A program made the translations under genes and the position numbers. 64,000 bases of DNA from Deltaproteobacteria bacterium (lineage in GTDB: Bacteria > Myxococcota_A > UBA796 > SXON01). Shown piece by piece: positions 28,715-41,804 of this stretch (position 1 is its first letter; each line of letters starts with the position of its first letter). The DNA is taken from NCBI GenBank assembly GCA_947484175.1, contig CANKOI010000009.1, positions 5,829-69,828 on the forward strand, written 5' to 3'. The notes under the pieces were generated by a model that was given only the letters and a program-made list of their open reading frames with translations, had not been told where the DNA came from and ran no database searches.

Positions 28715-29347
28715 CTACCGCGTCAGATAAATGCCGTTGAACGACCCCGACTCGCCGGTCTGAACGCCGACCCAAAGCTCGTCCACGTCCGCGCAGTAGG
28801 GGGTCGTAACGGGCTCTACATCGGGAGCGCTGGACTGCAGCGTGAGCTCGGTGCCCGCCACGGACCACGTTCCGTCTTCGGCGCTCGGCCCTGCTTCATA
28901 AACGGCCGTGCAGGTGCAGCCGCCCTCCGCACGATCCACGCAGCTCAGGCCGCCCATCGTCTCCCCGTACGAAGCGCACTCCGCTCCTTCGGTGCACTCC
29001 GCAGGAAACACGAAGTCGATGGTGGCACTCGAACCCGTAGACACCGAGTTGTACGTGCCGTCGGCCACGAGGTCCACCGTCCCCGCCATGTTGGCCTCCA
29101 TGAGTTCGGAGTACCCGCTGGGACAGCCGGCCATCGGCTCTCGCACGGAAACCACGCAAGCCTGCTGGATGGTCCAGAGGCCCACCACGTCGCCTCCGCA
29201 GCCGGTGGTGGTGCACTCGGACACGAGGTCCTCGGACGCGGCCGTGTCGCCGGTGTCGGCGGTGTCGATGGGGTCGGAGGTGTCGGCCGGGGCCAGGTCA
29301 GCGGCGGGGCACGCGGAGAGCGCGAGGATGATCAGCGTGTGAAGCAT
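28715..29347 (-). CDS. Cys-rich secreted lipoprotein, hypothetical
   Basis: AGGAG lies 5 nt upstream of the ATG. The signal is MLHTLIILALSAC, followed by the D/T-rich linker DTSDPIDTADTGDTAASED and about 12 further Cys residues. Confidence 0.6.
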   Translation of the reverse strand: MLHTLIILALSACPAADLAPADTSDPIDTADTGDTAASEDLVSECTTTGCGGDVVGLWTIQQACVVSVREPMAGCPSGYSELMEANMAGTVDLVADGTYNSVSTGSSATIDFVFPAECTEGAECASYGETMGGLSCVDRAEGGCTCTAVYEAGPSAEDGTWSVAGTELTLQSSAPDVEPVTTPYCADVDELWVGVQTGESGSFNGIYLTR

Positions 29348-29388
29348 GAGAGTCTCCTGAAGGGGCCACTAACGCGCCCTTACGCCGG

Positions 29389-29456
29389 CTACTTTTCCAA
29401 GAGCTCCGCCCACGCGGGCCACCGCGAGCCCGGAAGTGTGAGGGCGGCGAGCCGGG
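29389..29456 (-). repeat. Direct-repeat copy A of the argH 3' end
   Basis: The first 45 nt from the stop codon match 32799-32843 at 40 of 45 positions by my manual alignment. This includes an exact 29-mer, agctccgcccacgcgggccaccgcgagcc. Similarity is weaker for about 20 nt further. Confidence 0.8.
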
Positions 29457-29555
29457 GTAGGCGCTCGCGTCCGCGTCGTCGCAGTCCTCGCAGCCGAGGT
29501 GGTGGTCGCCGTCCACGTCGGTGTCGTCGGGCAGGCCGTCACAGTTGCCATCGGT
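29389..29555 (-). pseudogene. Gene remnants: a MopE-like Cys-motif fragment followed, out of frame, by an argH-3'-end-like fragment
   Basis: One frame reads GTDGNCDGLPDDTDVDGDHHLGCEDCDDADASA. A different frame reads LPRLAALTLPGSRWPAWAELLEK*, which resembles the real ArgH C-terminus SRLASVAPPGSRWPAWAELLNE*. No single ORF is compatible with the flanking genes. Confidence 0.4.
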
Positions 29556-29557
29556 AC

Positions 29558-32500
29558 CTACGGCGCGCCTCGCCACGCGGCGACCGTCCCCGCCGACGCC
29601 TCGTCCGTCACCCGACCGAGGGCCTCGCGCGCCCCGTCGTAGTCGCCGCTCGCCCACAGCGACCGCGCCAGCTCGAGTGGCGGGGGCGCCTCCATCGCCC
29701 GAAGCAGCTCAACCGCCCTGGACCACTGGCCACGGATCATCGCGCCCTCGGCGAGCCGGGCCCGATCCACGGGACCGACACCGGGCGCCATCGTCCCCGC
29801 CATCCGCGAGCCGAGTTCGAGGTCGAAGACGATGAGCTCGCCCTCGCCTCCCACCGACGCCAGCATTCGACCGTCGGGAGAGAACGCCAGGTCGGCGACC
29901 GACTCGTGCATCTTGAACGCGCCCTGGCGTATCCACGTGACTGGATCGAAGAACTCGACGGTGCCGTCGAAGCGCCCGACGGCCACCAACCCCTGCGATG
30001 ACCAGTCCACGGTCAACGCGAGCTCCTTCCCGATCGCCACCTCCTCGAGTTCCCGGCCGACCTCGCCGGTTCGAAGCCGGCTGTCGTGGCACCCGACGAG
30101 CACGCGAGTGCCATCGGGCGACAGGTCAACTCCGTAGGCGGAACCGACGCCAGCCCCGCGCCAGGTGGCCTCGCCGCCGGCGAGCGACCAGGCCGCCGCC
30201 ACCGGATCGCTCGCGGAACGGCCGCTTACGACCACGCGGTCCCCGTGCACCGCGACGTCCCACGCGATCTGGCCCGCCGGCACCCCGCGCGCGCGGACCG
30301 CGCCCGTGTCGAGGTCCCAGTAGGTCCAGCCGCCGGAGTCGTAAGCGACTACGGCCGCATGGCCCTCCGCTGTGGTCTCCACGGCCATCGCCAGCGTCTC
30401 GCCGCCGCGCAGCGTCCGCAGGATCGCGCCGGTGGCGGTATCGATCACGCGCGAATTCCCGTCGCGATCGGCGCTGACCGCGAGTCGTCCGTCCGCCGTG
30501 AAGGCCACGTCCCGCGTGCCGCGCGGAGTGGTCTCGACGCGCCTCAGCACGCTCGCGGTCGCGGGTTCGATGAACAACACCTCGCCCGACCAGGTTCCTG
30601 CGGCGAGCAGGAGGCCGTCGGCGGACCACGCCACCGAGGTGGGGGGACTGCCGAGCGGAACCTGGCGCCGAGGCGTGCTGAGCGGCCAGACCTGCAACGT
30701 GTCGGACAGCGTCGCCACGAGCCTGCCGTCCGGGCTGACGGCGGACATGCCCGCCGTCGCGGTGACCGCGCCGGGCGCCGACACCCGCCGGAGCAACTCC
30801 CCCGTAGCCGTGTCGAGCACGCGGAAGCCCGACGGGCCGACCAGGACGATCTCCGCGGCGTCGCGCACGAAGGTCGGAATGTCGCCGTAGCCGACGGGAG
30901 CTTCCCAGAGGGAAGATCCGCCGAGACGCTCCAGGTGCAGGGTGCTGTTCTCGACCCGCGCGACGAGGCCCGGCGCGATATCCGCGCCCGGCTCCCAGTT
31001 CCAGGTGCCAAGGACGGCGCCGGTCAGGAGGTCCCACGCGAAGAGGTGGGGGGCCGCGCGGACGGGCGACGGCTCCTCCGCTTTCGAGCGCCCCACGCCG
31101 TACCGTCCGTCCGAGGACACCCGCTGCACCCACGCGTCCTCGACGTCGGGGCCAGCCGGCGCCCCGTCTAGGCTCCACGCGCGGGCCCCGTCTCCCCTCA
31201 CGATGACGCCTGTCGGCCGAATCTCCAGGCCGGTCGACGAGTAATCGGCGGTCCCCTGCGCCGGCAACGAGACCACCGGCTTCTCGCCGAATGGGCCGAC
31301 ACGCCAGGTCTCGCCGTCGAGGGTGGCGAGCCAGGGCGCTCCGAGCACGAATCCGCCGGTGGTGGGCCCGTGAACGAGCACGGAACGGAGCGTCTCGCCG
31401 GTGACGGTGTCGAGGATGCGCGCGGCCTCGGTGTCGATAGCGAGCAACTGGCGACCGTCGCCCGAGAGGGCCGCCGGCGTCATGGCTGGGCGCCATTCAG
31501 CGGTGGGCATCGCGAAGCGCCACGCGAGCCAACTGGACAGGATTTCGGCGGGGCGGGCCGAGACCCCTTGCGCCTCGTAAATCGCGCGCGCCGCTTCGCA
31601 CCGCTCCCGAGCCTCGGGGGCGCGCTCCTGATCGGCCAGGGAGGTCGCGAGGGCGAGTTCGCTGTCGGCCAGCCGCAGCGCCGCGGCCCGCTCGGCGAGG
31701 AGCGCCCGATCGCGAGCCGCCAGCACTTCGACCACGTAGACGACCGTGGCCGCCCCGAGGAGACCGAGGGCGACCACGGACGTGATCAGCACGGAGCGCA
31801 CCACGGTCCGGTGGCGCGCCAGCCACTTCCAGGCGCGGTCGACGAGGCCGTACCGGAAGGCGGAGACGGGGCGGCCTTCCTGGAAGGCGCGCACGTCGTC
31901 GCGCAGCGCGGCTGCGCTGGCGTAGCGATCGGCGGGGTTCCCCGCCATCGCCTTGCGCACGATGGCGTCGAGTTCGCGTGGGACGCGCCCCGATGTGGCG
32001 CGCCGGGGTGCGACGAAGCGGCCCTGTCGGACCGCCGCCATTACATCGGGCTCGTTGCGGAACGGCGCGCGGTTGACGAGGAGCGCGTAGAGGAGGGCGC
32101 CGAGGGAGTAGACGTCGCTGCGCGCGTCGACCTGGGAGGGATCCGCGTAGGTCTGCTCGGGGGACATGTACGACGGCGTGCCGATGATCTCGCCCTCGGG
32201 GTCCGCCGGATCGCCCGAGGCCTCGGCGGCGAGCCCCCAGTCCAGCAGCAGCACCTCGCCGTAGTCGCCCACAATCACGTTCCCTGGCTTGATGTCGAGG
32301 TGCAGCACGCCCTGGTCGTGCGCGTAGGCCACCGCCTCGCACACCCGCGCGAAGATCTGGATGCGGCGGGCCAGGCGGCCGACCCGCTCTTCCCGCACGA
32401 GGACCGACAGGTTGGTGCCTCGGATCTCGCGCATCGTGAAGTAGGGCATGCCGTCGGGGTCCGTGCCCAGGTCGTACACCGGCACGATGTCGGGGTGCTC

Positions 32501-32776
32501 CAGGCGGCTCGACACCCGCGCCTCGTGCAGGAATCGGCGGACGGTGGGTCCATCAGGCTCGCGGTGCAGCGTCTTCATGGCGACGTTGCGCTGCAGGCGG
32601 GTGTCGAACACGCGACGCACGGTGCCGAAGCCGCCCTTGCCGAGCAGAATGCCGACCTGGTAGCGCGTGGCCGCGTCCTCCCCGGTCGCCGGTGCCACGA
32701 GTTCCGGCTCGGTGACATCCACCGCCGGCTCCTGGATCTGCGTCTCGTCCGGCGAGGACATGGGGCATGATAGCAC
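29558..32776 (-). CDS. Ser/Thr protein kinase with TM segment and WD40/beta-propeller-like repeats and a C-terminal TPR-like tail
   Basis: GKGGFGTVRRV...AMK, HLDIKPGNVIV, DWGLA and GTPSYMSPEQ. There is a TM helix after the kinase domain, then repeats such as SVAWSADGLLLAAGTWSGEV and DVAFTADGRLAVSADRDGNSRV. Confidence 0.92.
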   Translation of the reverse strand: MLSCPMSSPDETQIQEPAVDVTEPELVAPATGEDAATRYQVGILLGKGGFGTVRRVFDTRLQRNVAMKTLHREPDGPTVRRFLHEARVSSRLEHPDIVPVYDLGTDPDGMPYFTMREIRGTNLSVLVREERVGRLARRIQIFARVCEAVAYAHDQGVLHLDIKPGNVIVGDYGEVLLLDWGLAAEASGDPADPEGEIIGTPSYMSPEQTYADPSQVDARSDVYSLGALLYALLVNRAPFRNEPDVMAAVRQGRFVAPRRATSGRVPRELDAIVRKAMAGNPADRYASAAALRDDVRAFQEGRPVSAFRYGLVDRAWKWLARHRTVVRSVLITSVVALGLLGAATVVYVVEVLAARDRALLAERAAALRLADSELALATSLADQERAPEARERCEAARAIYEAQGVSARPAEILSSWLAWRFAMPTAEWRPAMTPAALSGDGRQLLAIDTEAARILDTVTGETLRSVLVHGPTTGGFVLGAPWLATLDGETWRVGPFGEKPVVSLPAQGTADYSSTGLEIRPTGVIVRGDGARAWSLDGAPAGPDVEDAWVQRVSSDGRYGVGRSKAEEPSPVRAAPHLFAWDLLTGAVLGTWNWEPGADIAPGLVARVENSTLHLERLGGSSLWEAPVGYGDIPTFVRDAAEIVLVGPSGFRVLDTATGELLRRVSAPGAVTATAGMSAVSPDGRLVATLSDTLQVWPLSTPRRQVPLGSPPTSVAWSADGLLLAAGTWSGEVLFIEPATASVLRRVETTPRGTRDVAFTADGRLAVSADRDGNSRVIDTATGAILRTLRGGETLAMAVETTAEGHAAVVAYDSGGWTYWDLDTGAVRARGVPAGQIAWDVAVHGDRVVVSGRSASDPVAAAWSLAGGEATWRGAGVGSAYGVDLSPDGTRVLVGCHDSRLRTGEVGRELEEVAIGKELALTVDWSSQGLVAVGRFDGTVEFFDPVTWIRQGAFKMHESVADLAFSPDGRMLASVGGEGELIVFDLELGSRMAGTMAPGVGPVDRARLAEGAMIRGQWSRAVELLRAMEAPPPLELARSLWASGDYDGAREALGRVTDEASAGTVAAWRGAP

Positions 32777-32798
32777 CCCGAGTTCACGGACCGGCCGC

Positions 32799-32866
32799 CT
32801 ACTCGTTCAACAGCTCCGCCCACGCGGGCCACCGCGAGCCGGGCGGCGCAACGGACGCCAGCCGGC
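32799..32866 (-). repeat. Direct-repeat copy B (the genuine argH 3' end)
   Basis: See copy A. It is in the same orientation, about 3.4 kb away. Confidence 0.8.
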
Positions 32867-34079
32867 TCTCCAAAGCCGCCACGTCCCACCCCGGCGGCGG
32901 GCTGGGCTCGGGAGCGAAGGTGCCCGCAGCGATCTCGGCGGCCACCTCGCGGTACGCCTCTCGGAAGGGCTTGTCGCGGCGATAGGCGTCGGCCGCGGCG
33001 AACAGCGAGGGATCGAGCGGGCGGGGAGTGGCCTCGATGGCGCCGGCGAGGTGGGCGGCGATGCGCATGGAGGCGCGGGCCTGCCGTACTCCCCGGAGAA
33101 GTGGCCCCTTCGTCAGCTGCATGTCGCGCTGGTAGCCCCCTGGAAGCGCCACTAGGTCTTCGATCTCCCGCCGCGCCGCTCGCACACCCACGGCCGAGGC
33201 GCGCAAGAGCTCGGCCACGTCCGGGTTGCGCTTCTGAGGCATGATGGAGCTGCCGGTCGTAAATGCCGACGGGAGCCGCACCAACGAGAACTCTCCCGAG
33301 GAAAAAATCACCAGATCCCAAGCCCAGCGCGCCACGAGCCCGGTGGCGGTGCCGAGCGCCCCGAGGACGGCCGCCTCTACCAAGCCCCGCGAGAGCTGAG
33401 CAGTGGTGACCGGCGACTCAACGGTGGCAAAGCCAAGGAGTCGTGCAGCCAAGTCCCGATCGAGCGGAAGCGGCGTTCCGTAGCCGGCGGCCGTACCGAG
33501 CGGGCAACGATCCACCAGCGCCCGAGCAGCGTGCAACAGCGGCAGACTGTCGAGAAGGGCGGCGGCGTATCCGGCGCTCCACAGCCCATACGACGAGGGC
33601 ATCGCCGGCTGGAGGTGGGTGTACCCGGCGAGCGGCAGGTTTTCGTGGGCGGCGGCAAACCGAAGCCACGCCGTTGCGAGCGCGTGCCATTCCACCTCGA
33701 TGGCATCGAGCTCGTCGAGCATCCACAGGCGCAGCGCCGTGAGCACCTGATCGTTGCGGCTGCGGCCGGTGTGGATGCGACCGGCCACGGCGCCGAGGCG
33801 CTCCGTGAGGCGGGCCTCGATGGCCGTGTGCACATCTTCTTCCGCCGCGGCGATGCTGAACTCGCCCCGTTCCATCTCTTCCAACAGGGCCTTCAGTCCG
33901 CCGATCAGCGCTTTCGTCTCGGAAGCATCGAGCAGGCCCGCCGCCCGCAGAACCCGGACATGGGCCGCTGAGCCGACCACGTCGTACCGGGCCCAAGCGA
34001 GGTCGAGCACCGGGTCGTCCCCGACCGTGAACGCCGCCACCTCGGCATCGAGCGCGCCCCCTTTTTCCCAGAGCCGCAT
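32799..34079 (-). CDS. argH: Argininosuccinate lyase
   Basis: HTGRSRNDQV and GSSIMPQKRNPDVAEL fumarate-lyase signatures. The start was re-assigned to the ATG at 34079 (MRLWEKGG), which overlaps the upstream stop (TGATG). Confidence 0.93.
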   Translation of the reverse strand: MRLWEKGGALDAEVAAFTVGDDPVLDLAWARYDVVGSAAHVRVLRAAGLLDASETKALIGGLKALLEEMERGEFSIAAAEEDVHTAIEARLTERLGAVAGRIHTGRSRNDQVLTALRLWMLDELDAIEVEWHALATAWLRFAAAHENLPLAGYTHLQPAMPSSYGLWSAGYAAALLDSLPLLHAARALVDRCPLGTAAGYGTPLPLDRDLAARLLGFATVESPVTTAQLSRGLVEAAVLGALGTATGLVARWAWDLVIFSSGEFSLVRLPSAFTTGSSIMPQKRNPDVAELLRASAVGVRAARREIEDLVALPGGYQRDMQLTKGPLLRGVRQARASMRIAAHLAGAIEATPRPLDPSLFAAADAYRRDKPFREAYREVAAEIAAGTFAPEPSPPPGWDVAALESRLASVAPPGSRWPAWAELLNE

Positions 34080-35134
34080 CAGCACTCCCTCCCGCCCAGA
34101 AAGTATTCGATGGCCAAGCGATACGCGCCCACCGCCGCCTCCACCTGCGACACTTCCACCCACTCGTCGGCCGTATGGCTGCGTTCGGAAGCCCCTGGCC
34201 CCCACTTCACGGCCGGCACCCCGTGCAGATGCGCCCAGTCCGAGAGCGTGGGCGATGCGAACTCTACGGCGCTCCCCCACCCCGCGTAGGCAGCGGCGAG
34301 AATGTCCGCACCCGGTGGGGTGCTCACCGCCACGAAGCGCGCGCTCCGGACTTCCACCTCGCTCTGCACCCGCTCCCGCACCAAGGCCACCAGCTCTTCC
34401 ACCGTGTACGCATCGGTGGTGCGGATGTCGACGGTCCAACGGGCCTCACCCGGGATCACGTTGTGGCGCTCGCCCCCCTGGGCGATGGTGGCGGCGCAGG
34501 TGGTGCTGCCCGCGCGTGGGTGCACGCGGGGGAGCGACAGCGCTTCGATGGCGAGGAGATCGTGGGCCATCGTGTAGAGCGCGTTGTCGGCGAGGTGCGG
34601 GCGTGCTGCATGACCGGCACGACCTCGCGCAACACAGTCCAGCACCAAGAGACCGTTCTGCGCCGTGGCAATGTCGAGGCCGGTAGGCTCGCCCACGATG
34701 GCCGCATCGAGCCGCGGGAGCTGCGGGAACACCACCTCAAAGCCGTTGCGGCCCACCTCCTCTTCCGCAGCCGCCACGAGGATCAGCCTCCCGACGGCAA
34801 GCTGCGCCCCCGCGAACGCCTCCATCATGGCCGCGAGGCACCCCTTCGCGTCGTTAGCGCCAAGGCCGTAGAGTCGGTCGCCTTCGCGCGTGGGCACCCA
34901 CGGATCGCGGCTCCATGCCGGCGTGGCGGGCACGGTGTCGTAGTGGGAAAGCAGAAGGAGCGTGGGGCCGGCGACAGCGGCTTCGCGGACCACCCAGCGG
35001 TTGTTGCCTACCGCGTGCACCCGAAACCCCGCGCCCGCCGCCCAGCTCTCGAAGACGTCCACGACCGGAGCTTCTTCCCGGGAGGGGCTCCTCGCAGCCA
35101 CCAGCCGCTCCAAGAGGGGGATCACCGCCGCCAC
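34079..35134 (-). CDS. M20-family metallohydrolase, probable acetylornithine deacetylase (ArgE/DapE-like)
   Basis: LLLSHYDTVP and GANDAKG motifs, and a position between argB and argH. The start (GTG 35134) is uncertain. Confidence 0.8.
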   Translation of the reverse strand: MAAVIPLLERLVAARSPSREEAPVVDVFESWAAGAGFRVHAVGNNRWVVREAAVAGPTLLLLSHYDTVPATPAWSRDPWVPTREGDRLYGLGANDAKGCLAAMMEAFAGAQLAVGRLILVAAAEEEVGRNGFEVVFPQLPRLDAAIVGEPTGLDIATAQNGLLVLDCVARGRAGHAARPHLADNALYTMAHDLLAIEALSLPRVHPRAGSTTCAATIAQGGERHNVIPGEARWTVDIRTTDAYTVEELVALVRERVQSEVEVRSARFVAVSTPPGADILAAAYAGWGSAVEFASPTLSDWAHLHGVPAVKWGPGASERSHTADEWVEVSQVEAAVGAYRLAIEYFLGGREC

Positions 35135-35138
35135 GGGG

Positions 35139-36035
35139 CTACCCCTCGTCGCGGCGGGCCACCAGCATCGTGCCGCACCCTTCGTTGGTGAACACCTCAA
35201 GCAGGAGCGCCTCGCTGCGCGTGCCATCGATGAGGTGGACACGCGGAACGCCTCCCAGCAAGGCGTCCTTCACGGCGGCGAGCTTCGGCAGCATGCCGCC
35301 CGACACGGCACCCTGTTGGATGAGGTCCTCGACCGTGCCGAGGTCGCCGTAGCTGACGAGCCGGCGGGGGTCGCCCGCGTCTTCGAGGAGGCCGGCCACC
35401 GACGTGCACACGATCAGCTTGTCGGCCTTGAGCGCCACCGCCAGCTGCGAGGCGATCGTGTCGGCGTTGGTGTTGAGCAGACTCCCCGTGGCGTCGGCGA
35501 TGAGCGAGCAGAACACGGGCACCATTCCCGCCTCCAGCAGCATCTTCGGCAGTGTGTCGTCTACACGGGTGATGTCGCCGACAAAGCCGTAGTCCACCGC
35601 GGTCTCGGTACCGGTAGACGGATCCCGTACCGTGCGTGCCGGGCGGCGGTTGCCCAGCACGGTCATGCCGTCGCCCCCGGCGAGCCCCACGGCGCGGACC
35701 CCATGGGCGCTCAGCGAAGCCACGAGCTCGCTATTGAGCTGCCCACGAAACACCATCCGCGCGAGTTCGAGCGTGTGGGCGTCGGTCACCCGGCGGCCGG
35801 CCACCACCTCCCGAGGCACGTCGAGCCGGGCACAGAGCGCGTCGAGTTGGGGGCCGCCGCCATGCACGAGGGCCACCCGGATTCCCACGTGATGCAGGAG
35901 CGCAATGTCCTCCGCCAGCGAGTCGCGAGCCGAGGCACGAGCGAGAATGGCGCCCGACACCTTGATGACGAACGTTCGGCCGCGAAACAACCGAAGATAA
36001 GGATGAGCGTCGCGCAGGCTGAGCAGTCGGTCCAT
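35139..36035 (-). CDS. argB: Acetylglutamate kinase
   Basis: [18 protein letters not shown] and NTNADT motifs. Confidence 0.93.
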   Translation of the reverse strand: MDRLLSLRDAHPYLRLFRGRTFVIKVSGAILARASARDSLAEDIALLHHVGIRVALVHGGGPQLDALCARLDVPREVVAGRRVTDAHTLELARMVFRGQLNSELVASLSAHGVRAVGLAGGDGMTVLGNRRPARTVRDPSTGTETAVDYGFVGDITRVDDTLPKMLLEAGMVPVFCSLIADATGSLLNTNADTIASQLAVALKADKLIVCTSVAGLLEDAGDPRRLVSYGDLGTVEDLIQQGAVSGGMLPKLAAVKDALLGGVPRVHLIDGTRSEALLLEVFTNEGCGTMLVARRDEG

Positions 36036-36143
36036 GGGCCGCGGGCCTAACTCGAAACCGCGCTACCGCCCCGGCTTCGGCCCGCATTGCCCCTTGCCCG
36101 GGGGGGCCTGCCGCGCTACCCGCGCCGCGCTCCCCGGATTGCA

Positions 36144-37220
36144 ATGGCCAGAGGTGTGCTCCTCCTCGAAGACGGTCGCCGCTTCGAAGGTCTGGCTTTC
36201 GGCGCCACGGGCACCCGGGTGGGCGAGGTGGTCTTCAATACGTCGATGAGCGGGTACCAGGAACTGCTCACCGACCCGTCGTACTGCGAGCAGATCGTGG
36301 TGATGACGACGGCCCACGTGGGCAACTACGGCGTGAACGACGAAGACGTGGAGTCGCGGCGCCTGTGGCTGTCGGGCTTCGTGGCCCGTTCCTTCTCACG
36401 AACCACGAGCAACTGGCGCGCCACCCGCAGCCTCGACGACTACCTCGGCGCGGCCGGCGTGCCCGGCGTCCACGACATCGACACCCGCGCGCTGGTTCGG
36501 CACATCCGCAGCAAGGGGGCGATGCGCGCGGCCGTTACCACCGAGAACGTCGACGACACCGAGCTAGTCGCCCGCATCCAGGCCTGGCCCGGCATGGCCG
36601 GCCGCGCGCTGGCCGACGAAGTGAGCTGCCCCGAGCCTTGGCGCTTCGCGGAGGGCACCGGCGGGCCCCGAATCGCGGTTCTCGACAGCGGCTGCAAGAC
36701 CAATCTCCTGCGGCTGTTCGCCAGCGAGGGGTGCCGGGTGGACGTTTTCCCCGCCAGCACGCCGGCCGAGGTGCTCGGCGCCGACTGCGACGCCGTCTTC
36801 CTCGCGAACGGCCCAGGGGACCCCGCCGCGCTCCCGGGGATGGTCGCCGAAGTGAAGAAACTGCTCGGCAAGAAGCCGCTGCTGGGGGTGTGTCTCGGGC
36901 ACCAACTTCTCGGCCTCGCGCTCGGCGCCAGCACCTTCAAGCTCCGCTTCGGCCACCGCGGCGGCAACCACCCCGTCCGCGACATCGAAACCGGACGAGT
37001 GGAGATGACCTCGCAGAACCACGGCTTCTGTGTAGACCCTGCGGGGGTGACGGCGGCGGGCGGGCGTGTCACCCATATGAACCTCAACGACGACACCCTC
37101 GAGGGTTTTGTACACGACGGGCTCGGCGTGATCGCGGTTCAGTTCCACCCCGAAGCCGCGCCGGGCCCGCACGACTCCCGCCACCTGCTCCTCGACCGTT
37201 TCCTCCGCCTCGCGAGGTAG
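36144..37220 (+). CDS. carA: Carbamoyl-phosphate synthase small (glutaminase) subunit
   Basis: [17 protein letters not shown], the GVCLGHQL catalytic Cys, and FHPE. The start is the ATG at 36144. Confidence 0.95.
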   Translation: MARGVLLLEDGRRFEGLAFGATGTRVGEVVFNTSMSGYQELLTDPSYCEQIVVMTTAHVGNYGVNDEDVESRRLWLSGFVARSFSRTTSNWRATRSLDDYLGAAGVPGVHDIDTRALVRHIRSKGAMRAAVTTENVDDTELVARIQAWPGMAGRALADEVSCPEPWRFAEGTGGPRIAVLDSGCKTNLLRLFASEGCRVDVFPASTPAEVLGADCDAVFLANGPGDPAALPGMVAEVKKLLGKKPLLGVCLGHQLLGLALGASTFKLRFGHRGGNHPVRDIETGRVEMTSQNHGFCVDPAGVTAAGGRVTHMNLNDDTLEGFVHDGLGVIAVQFHPEAAPGPHDSRHLLLDRFLRLAR

Positions 37221-37225
37221 GCCCC

Positions 37226-40411
<3,186 letters not shown>

Positions 40412-40484
40412 GCGCCCGACAGGCCGTTCCGCCTCAAGTGGACGCCCTTCGCAGCCGATCTGCCAGCCCATCCCCGGCTCGTCG

Positions 40485-41225
40485 ATGCTGTTCACCCTGC
40501 TCCTCGGTTGCTCCGACCTCCTGCTCCTGAGCGACACGGTGGACGACCTCACCCAGCCGCTGGTCGTGCAGGCCTTCTACGTGGGCATGGAGCCCCTGCC
40601 GGAAGCGTTGGCGGCCGCAGAAGGCGACTGGTCCGCGGGGAGCAAAGCCCGCGTACTCTTGTCGGAGGCCGCGGGAATTTCCGCCGACGACGCGCCGCCG
40701 ATCACCGACGCCGAAGTGCTCATGGAGTACCCCGACGGCGAGCTGGTGCTCACCAATGAAGGCGCGGGCGAGTGGACGGCGGACGGCGACGACGGATTGG
40801 CTTGGCACTCCGACGTGGAGGCCTCGCTCACGATTCGTCGGGACGAAGACAGCCGCATCACCCTGACCACGCCCCCCGCGCCCGAGCTCGACATCCCCTC
40901 CACCTTGGCGGCGGGCGAAGCGCTTGAGCTGGACCTTGATGGACAGCCCTTCGACAACCTGCTCGTGAAGGTCGTCCGGCTCGCCGATGGAGTCACCGTC
41001 TACGACTCCACCCCCGAAGACTCCACCGACCTCTACCGGCTCACCCACAGCGCCTCGTCGCTGACCGCCACGATCGCGGCGACCGTCTTCGAAGAGCCGG
41101 GCGAGTACGCCGTGGGCGTGGCCGGCCTCGTGAACGCTCACCCGGACGATTACGAAGGCGTGAACCTCGCGCTGAGCGCCCTCACGGCCGGCACGATGGT
41201 GTTCACCCCCGTCCGGGTGCCTTGA
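40485..41225 (+). CDS. Hypothetical lipoprotein
   Basis: MLFTLLLGCS lipobox. The protein is acidic and I recognise no family. Confidence 0.6.
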   Translation: MLFTLLLGCSDLLLLSDTVDDLTQPLVVQAFYVGMEPLPEALAAAEGDWSAGSKARVLLSEAAGISADDAPPITDAEVLMEYPDGELVLTNEGAGEWTADGDDGLAWHSDVEASLTIRRDEDSRITLTTPPAPELDIPSTLAAGEALELDLDGQPFDNLLVKVVRLADGVTVYDSTPEDSTDLYRLTHSASSLTATIAATVFEEPGEYAVGVAGLVNAHPDDYEGVNLALSALTAGTMVFTPVRVP

Positions 41226-41272
41226 CGCTGAGGGTGCTCTGGGATAGGGCCCGCCCCCTCGTTTCTGTGCTA

Positions 41273-41315
41273 CTCGGGTGCCATGCCCGGTAGATGCGGT
41301 TCGAGGTAACCCGAG
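41273..41315 (+). promoter_or_regulatory. Possible rpsO 5'-leader stem (CTCGGGT / ACCCGAG) immediately upstream of the start codon
   Basis: A 7-bp complementary pair (41273-41279 with 41309-41315) encloses an inner GC hairpin. S15 is known to autoregulate through leader structure in several bacteria. This is only a structural guess. Confidence 0.25.
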
Positions 41316-41322
41316 AGTACCC

Positions 41323-41592
41323 ATGGCTTTGCACCACACGCGGAAGGACGAGATCGTCTCCACCTTTCGCACCCACGACACGGACACCGGCGGCACCGAG
41401 GTCCAGGTGGCCCTCCAGACCGAGCGTATCAACACGCTCACCGAGCACTTCCGCGAGCACAAGAAGGACCACCACGGTCGTCGTGGGCTCCTCGCGCTCG
41501 TCGGCAAGCGCCGTCGCTTGCTGAAGTACCTGAAGGGCGAGAGTCCCTCTCGCCATCAGGCCCTCATCAAGCAGCTCGGCCTTCGCGGCTAG
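41323..41592 (+). CDS. rpsO: 30S ribosomal protein S15
   Basis: 89 aa, with [49 protein letters not shown]. Confidence 0.95.
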   Translation: MALHHTRKDEIVSTFRTHDTDTGGTEVQVALQTERINTLTEHFREHKKDHHGRRGLLALVGKRRRLLKYLKGESPSRHQALIKQLGLRG

Positions 41593-41597
41593 TTGTC

Positions 41598-41631
41598 GGG
41601 CGGCCCTCGGGCCGCCCTTGTTCTTTTTCTT
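41598..41631 (+). terminator. Intrinsic terminator/attenuator after rpsO
   Basis: An 8-bp GC stem (GGGCGGCC, loop CTCG, GGCCGCCC) is followed by TTGTTCTTTTTCTT, starting 5 nt after the rpsO stop. Confidence 0.75.
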
Positions 41632-41632
41632 C

Positions 41633-41804
41633 CCCCACGCACCTCCAGCGACCCCGCTCCGCGGGTCTTCGCGGGCTGAGCACCTTCGTCCTACGAAGGC
41701 TGGCTCATTCCGGGCAGGCTCACGGTCCACGGGACCGGGCCTTTGGACGTGCACTCCCACCGGCCAGAGCCGGAACGCCCGAACTCCGGGCAAAGGCACT
41801 CCAG
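41633..41804 (+). promoter_or_regulatory. pnp 5' leader with hairpins (possible RNase III / autoregulation region)
   Basis: This is a long untranslated gap before pnp. It contains a CCTTCGT/ACGAAGG stem extended by GAGC/GCTC. The function is inferred by analogy to the E. coli rpsO-pnp leader. Confidence 0.3.

Noticed and set aside
29298-29657. A 119-aa ORF between the kinase and the lipoprotein genes, considered as a real gene.
   Set aside because: It would overlap the kinase 3' end by ~100 nt and the lipoprotein 5' end by ~50 nt. Only its middle matches a known motif. It is better explained as a gene fragment and is reported as a pseudogene.
36365-37225. An in-frame upstream extension of carB running through carA.
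   Set aside because: carA homology occupies a different frame over the same nucleotides. CarB homology starts at [16 protein letters not shown] (37226).
41222-41250. TTGACG at 41222-41227, considered as the -35 of an rpsO promoter.
   Set aside because: The sequence at the proper spacing (TAGGGC/ATAGGG) is a poor -10, so there is not enough support.
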